DNA of 50,537 nt from a virus. Taxonomy: Duplodnaviria; Caudoviricetes. The position numbers were made by a program, and so were the translations under genes. The notes beneath the pieces were generated by a model. That model worked only from the letters and a program-made list of their open reading frames with translations. It was not told where the DNA came from and did no database searches. The first letter of the stretch is position 1; each line of letters opens with the position of its first letter. The stretch spans positions 1 through 50,537 of the IMG/VR virus record IMGVR_UViG_3300017971_000360. One strand, written 5' to 3'. This document shows positions 46,733-50,537 of this stretch, one piece after another.

Positions 46733-46883
46733 CTGATTCCTCAACATCAATGCCAGGGCCAATAACAACTTTGCGATTTATAGGTAGATGCAAAAGTCGT
46801 GAATATCCGTCTTTGTGTTCAAAAACACTGCCGTCAAAGTCTATCTGAACAGTAGAATCTTTGTCGACTCTGTAGCAAGGCAT
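46710..46883 (-). CDS. Small hypothetical protein (57 aa), leaderless
   Basis: TTTATAAA ~25-30 nt before ATG; not in ORF track. Confidence 0.6.
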   Translation of the reverse strand: MPCYRVDKDSTVQIDFDGSVFEHKDGYSRLLHLPINRKVVIGPGIDVEESDEEEPPM

Positions 46884-46939
46884 TAGCTGTATATTATTTC
46901 TTAAGTTGTTTATAAATGTTCCGATGTAAAATAACTATT

Positions 46940-47012
46940 TTTACTAAAAATACTGAAAAAACCGTTTTTTATTAATGGGACGGGTGCGGGGCCATGAAGC
47001 ACCGCACACCGC
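46940..47012 (-). terminator. GC hairpin plus T tracts after gene 47026-47523
   Basis: GTGCGG/CCGCAC stem followed by T runs on the minus strand. Confidence 0.45.
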
Positions 47013-47025
47013 ATTTCATACATTC

Positions 47026-47523
47026 TCAAGACGGTTTGACTTCGATGATGCCCTCATCCTTAATCATCGGCATGATCATTGTCATCGCTTGGACTGTGAT
47101 GTTCTCTGGAATCAGCTCTCTTTCAATCTGCTGAATCGGAATCTCTATTTCCTCATCAAGCATGCTGTTATAGGTCTCAACATTCCTATCGTACTCGTCC
47201 AAGGCAGTCTTGTATTCTCCTTTCAGAACCTCAAGCTCTTTCTCGAACTCTGGATTTCCGTCGACACCAACATACCGGTTGTTTCTGATAAGAGCGACTC
47301 CATTCTCATCTTTCTCAGCATACTTTATGCAGAGCTCCACTCTCTTGTTGGTGTACTCCCTATATGCCTTACTCTCCTCTCGGACCTTATCGAGTGCCTC
47401 GACTTCTTCCTTGATCCTTATGAGGTTCTTGGCAATTATATAGGCAAACTTGGACCCTCTCAGGTTTCCACACTGCTGTATGCCGTGTTGCAATTCGATT
47501 ATCTTTATTCTCTTTAGTTTCAT
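47026..47523 (-). CDS. Coiled-coil protein (DUF1617-like)
   Basis: FAYIIAKNL..IKEE...KYAEKDENG motif; GGAGATGA RBS. Confidence 0.6.
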   Translation of the reverse strand: MKLKRIKIIELQHGIQQCGNLRGSKFAYIIAKNLIRIKEEVEALDKVREESKAYREYTNKRVELCIKYAEKDENGVALIRNNRYVGVDGNPEFEKELEVLKGEYKTALDEYDRNVETYNSMLDEEIEIPIQQIERELIPENITVQAMTMIMPMIKDEGIIEVKPS

Positions 47524-47540
47524 GTATTTTCATCTCCTTT

Positions 47541-47663
47541 TGCGACCGAGGGAGCTGGTGATAACCACGACCGTTTAAAAAACGGCGGTTATTGCATCTT
47601 TCTTGTGGAGGAAAGTGCATTGCCATTGGTGAACCTTAACTCCCTTCGGTCTGGCATCACCAA
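47541..47663 (-). ncRNA. Candidate structured 5' leader RNA
   Basis: Closing stem 47544-54/47640-51 enclosing two hairpins; between a TATA box and an RBS. Confidence 0.45.
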
Positions 47664-47664
47664 C

Positions 47665-47700
47665 GCAGACATTAATAGATTTTTAAATATTTAAGTCTGC
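47665..47700 (-). promoter_or_regulatory. TATA box flanked by GCAGAC/GTCTGC inverted repeat
   Basis: GCAGACaTTAA...TTAAGTCTGC around ATATTTAAAA. Confidence 0.5.
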
Positions 47701-47702
47701 CG

Positions 47703-48089
47703 TCAGCTAATCTTCGCATTGATCGTCTTGAACAACTCGTAATTTAGTAGTGTGTATGATTCCTTGCTCGGTTCAAGCCCCTCATCATAGAGAACTTTCC
47801 AGATCTTGAGCTCAAGGTGAGTTATCAAGATGATATCGGCTTTCTCACACATTACCTGCAGACCAGCGTGACAGTCTTCTATGTGTAGAATGCCTCGGTC
47901 TGGGTGATGCTCGGTTAGGACATCTTTCACGAATGTCTTGAACTCTTGGTCATATTTGGTGTTGTGGGTGTAGAACATCCTCAATCTCTTGACGACATCC
48001 TCGTGAGATTCCTTCTTGTGCTTTTTCAGTGTTTCCAATTCGTCCCTTTCTTGCTTGCTTATTCTGATGCTTGTCATATCACTCGACAT
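47703..48089 (-). CDS. Protein with N-terminal archaeal RHH/antitoxin-like domain
   Basis: TSIRISKQERDELETLKKHKKESHEDVVKRL. Confidence 0.65.
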   Translation of the reverse strand: MSSDMTSIRISKQERDELETLKKHKKESHEDVVKRLRMFYTHNTKYDQEFKTFVKDVLTEHHPDRGILHIEDCHAGLQVMCEKADIILITHLELKIWKVLYDEGLEPSKESYTLLNYELFKTINAKIS

Positions 48090-48378
48090 GTCTTAGCCTC
48101 CTCATCTCTTTTCGTAGCCTATTGATTCTGATTGCAGCGTTTTTGAACAACTCAAAGTGGCCCTTCCCATAGATGTCCATGATGAATCCGATATCAAGAC
48201 GGCATCTTTCAAGAGCGTCCCGAGCATTCAATTTCGTCTTGTAAAGGCCATGACCTTCTTTGGCCTCAAATAAGAACTTTCTTTTGGAACGCATGTTCAA
48301 AAACTTGGTGTCGACAAAGACTTCAACATCTCCGGACCGGGTGTACCGAGCTTTTACTATTGTGTGGACTGAGACCAT
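48079..48378 (-). CDS. Basic hypothetical protein
   Basis: GGTGG RBS; ATG at 48378. Confidence 0.65.
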   Translation of the reverse strand: MVSVHTIVKARYTRSGDVEVFVDTKFLNMRSKRKFLFEAKEGHGLYKTKLNARDALERCRLDIGFIMDIYGKGHFELFKNAAIRINRLRKEMRRLRHVE

Positions 48379-48379
48379 G

Positions 48380-48898
48380 TTAACCACCAGTTTCCTCCTC
48401 GTGAAACTTTCTTGGAGCGTCTGGTTCGCATTTCTGGCACCACGGGCCGTCAGGACCATCTTCTTTCTTGCTCTTGCATTTCAAACAGATTGTGAAATTC
48501 TCAAAGATGAAATCAACAGGTTGTTCTTCGTTGACCGTGATTGTTACGCCCAAAATTCCCGGTAAAAACTGACCATGCGTTTTTCTGATGGAATAATTAT
48601 CAAGAGTCTTGACGACATTATTATTTTTGAATTTACGGAAGAAGTGTCCAGACATGTGTATATAATCTGGTCTGATTCCGTGTTTTCTCTCAAATTCCTC
48701 ATAACAATGATAAATTCTGTCAAGAATTCCGGCATCTTCCATCTCTCGGTCAATGACTTCAACGGATGCGATCATTTGTACACTAAGCATTTGTCCGCCT
48801 GAGAACACTTCTTTCACTTTCTGAAGCGCTTCGACTGGTCCAGGAACATCCCTCACGACACAACGACTTTTCCCATTGTATTCAACATAGTAGTCCAT
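48380..48898 (-). CDS. Hypothetical protein with C-terminal zinc finger
   Basis: GGTGA RBS; CLKC...CQKC. Confidence 0.65.
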   Translation of the reverse strand: MDYYVEYNGKSRCVVRDVPGPVEALQKVKEVFSGGQMLSVQMIASVEVIDREMEDAGILDRIYHCYEEFERKHGIRPDYIHMSGHFFRKFKNNNVVKTLDNYSIRKTHGQFLPGILGVTITVNEEQPVDFIFENFTICLKCKSKKEDGPDGPWCQKCEPDAPRKFHEEETGG

Positions 48899-48911
48899 TG
48901 TCTCACCCCGA

Positions 48912-49199
48912 TTATTTCGGGTCGTCCGGATGTGTGTCGGCCCCGGTCCCACGGTCTGCCTTAACATCCTCTGCAGTGAGGCCGTCGTCGATGATTACAA
49001 TCCGGCCCTCGTCGACATATTCTGATTCGATGGAACGCCCGTCTGCCATTATCTTGGGTTTCAGGCAGTATCGATCGCACCCGGTCAAGAAATTGACCCT
49101 TGCGGTGATGATTCCTGTGAAACCACTCACCTTGTCTCTCGCCTGTTTTCCGAGCTCAAATTTGAATTGATGGTTCAAGCCATCTGTTTCTTCTGTCAT
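48912..49199 (-). CDS. Phage hypothetical protein (SH3-like)
   Basis: FELG..ARDKVSGFTGII.AR...LTGC..Y. Confidence 0.65.
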   Translation of the reverse strand: MTEETDGLNHQFKFELGKQARDKVSGFTGIITARVNFLTGCDRYCLKPKIMADGRSIESEYVDEGRIVIIDDGLTAEDVKADRGTGADTHPDDPK

Positions 49200-49202
49200 T
49201 TT

Positions 49203-49565
49203 TCAATCTCCTATTTTCATTTTTGGAACTGATGGTGATGCTAGATATATATAGCATCTCACACAAAGATTTGTACTGTCGTGTGGTCTCTCTTTTCTTG
49301 GGTAGAATTCTGGATGGACAACTGCATCACATACCTTACAGATTTCTTGTTCGTAAACTGATCTAAGGTATTCCTCGATGTTCCCCTCATCATAGAGTGG
49401 TTTGTCTCGTTTCTCTAAGTGCCACCATGTCTTCTTTCCACATTTATTGCAGATAAGGTTGTGTATGTACCATCCTCTATAAGGAAAGCAGATATAAGCC
49501 CTCCATCGATGCCCTTTAATCCAACACATCAGTCCCATATTATTCATCTCTTGTTCAATTACCAT
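49203..49565 (-). CDS. Cys-rich hypothetical protein
   Basis: CWIKGHRW...CNKCG; CKVC...CVRC. Confidence 0.65.
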   Translation of the reverse strand: MVIEQEMNNMGLMCWIKGHRWRAYICFPYRGWYIHNLICNKCGKKTWWHLEKRDKPLYDEGNIEEYLRSVYEQEICKVCDAVVHPEFYPRKERPHDSTNLCVRCYIYLASPSVPKMKIGD

Positions 49566-49780
49566 CCACCATAGCGTTTGCTATTGATATCTGGAAGTTC
49601 CTTTGCGTTCTCGAGCTTTTTCCTGATGAAGCCCCAATACATGTTCGTGTGGACTACAGACCCACCGACTAGATGGATGCTGACGGCCCCGCTGCCGGGT
49701 GACTTCACGAAATGCGTGATCTTCTCAACAACAATCAGGGTCTTCTCGCCATCTTGATTTCTTACATAAATTCCTTTCAT
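49559..49780 (-). CDS. Small beta-rich protein (FlbD-like pattern, tentative)
   Basis: GGAG RBS; LIVVEKITHF...SIHLVGG. Confidence 0.55.
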   Translation of the reverse strand: MKGIYVRNQDGEKTLIVVEKITHFVKSPGSGAVSIHLVGGSVVHTNMYWGFIRKKLENAKELPDINSKRYGGW

Positions 49781-49805
49781 ATTATCTCTCCTGCTTTCTT
49801 ACCCA

Positions 49806-49991
49806 TTACTGTGAAATACTAATAATCCTCAAGGACTCTTTCTGTATGAGCCTTCCCCCAAATGCTCCATCATCTTTCTTCGTGATTTCAATAAAGGCGT
49901 TCCCGTGGAGGACCATCTGCCCCAATGCCTCTATTCTTTCTTCTTCTGTAAGCAACGCCATAAGTTCATCATAGCCGAGCTCCTCTGTCAT
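49806..49991 (-). CDS. Small hypothetical protein, probably leaderless
   Basis: Minus-strand CTTAAATA at 50014-50021, ~25 nt before ATG 49991. Confidence 0.55.
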   Translation of the reverse strand: MTEELGYDELMALLTEEERIEALGQMVLHGNAFIEITKKDDGAFGGRLIQKESLRIISISQ

Positions 49992-50414
49992 ACAAACAGC
50001 ATATACGACCGCATATTTAAGCATATCGATGTATGCAATATCCAAAAATATAACAAAAAATTTCCAAGAGCACCACCCTGCATATATAGAAGCCCCCCCT
50101 ATCAGCAAATTATAAGATGTGATATAATTAAATGTGGTAGCTTAACAAGCGTTACAGTTGAGTTGAGGGACCATGCTGGCCATGCGCTGTGGGGTCAGGC
50201 GTTGTGGCAGCCGTGCTACAGTGTATCAATGTATAGGTGTTGCGCCTCTGATACAATAGTTTGTGATTGTCTGCTGGCCGTCTACATTTCGTCTGACAGA
50301 ATGTATAGGTTTGTATGCCATTTGTACTACAGTGGAAACCAAGGTGGTTATATATAAGTCTTTCCTGGAATTTAGCTACGAAATCGACGAACTCAAGCGA
50401 GGTCATAGGCTGAT

Positions 50415-50537
50415 AAGGGCGAGGGAGATAATTGATTTAAGGCATGCTTAAGGCATCTCTGCGCATTCGATCCGGTCCGACCATGAAACCTCCGTTTCCG
50501 GTGGAAAATACGACCTATACATTTCGAGAAATCCGAA
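50415..50537 (+). repeat. Terminal direct repeat, right copy
   Basis: Identical to 1-123. Confidence 0.97.

Larger units (their letters stand above)
1..50537. mobile_element. Complete genome of a tailed (siphovirus-like) virus, probably archaeal; ~50,414 bp unique
   Basis: Terminal overlap; TerL-portal-protease-MCP-neck-tail gene order; no sheath gene; GGTGA RBSs and TATA promoters; no host housekeeping genes. Confidence 0.9.

Noticed and set aside
47551-47663. Hammerhead ribozyme, fluoride riboswitch or tRNA
   Set aside because: CUGGUGA deviates from CUGANGA and no GAAA follows stem II; GGUGAUG...UUCACC spacing is too long for the fluoride motif; no TpsiC or anticodon arm
50152-50451. Opposing ORFs 50152-50406 (-) and 50263-50451 (+)
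   Set aside because: Neither has a convincing RBS or motif and both overlap regulatory motifs; left uncalled, though one could be real
50415-50537. 123 bp repeat as a biological terminal repeat
   Set aside because: An exact overlap of this size is what assemblers leave on circular contigs; cannot be distinguished without reads

Overview
The window appears to be one complete ~50.4 kb genome of a tailed virus (Caudoviricetes, siphovirus-like), most likely infecting an archaeon. Bases 1-123 recur exactly at 50415-50537, consistent with circular assembly overlap. The archaeal host is inferred from GGTGA-type ribosome-binding sites, TATA-box promoters with leaderless starts, and XPF/ERCC4, HerA, RHH and AbrB genes. 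The + strand arm (0.67-20.3 kb) holds early, replication, recombination and modification genes: four DNA methyltransferases, a HerA-like ATPase, a DUF3631-type helicase, a Bet/RecT annealing protein, Cas4-like, ERCC4 and HNH nucleases, and J-domain, DUF5131 and ASCH proteins. The - strand arm (20.4-43.8 kb) is morphogenesis: TerS, TerL, portal, protease/scaffold, decoration protein, major capsid protein, ~8 kb of fibre-like genes, neck, major tail protein, a frameshifted tail chaperone pair, a short tape measure and tail-tip proteins. Small regulatory and accessory operons fill 43.9-50 kb, and a ~1.1 kb control region spans the junction. The main non-coding signals are a palindromic promoter/operator element before three early operons, iteron-like repeats, two candidate structured RNAs and a -1 slippery site. 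No integrase, DNA polymerase, tRNA, CRISPR array or lysis enzyme was recognised. All calls come from reading motifs and gene order by eye; no database search was run.
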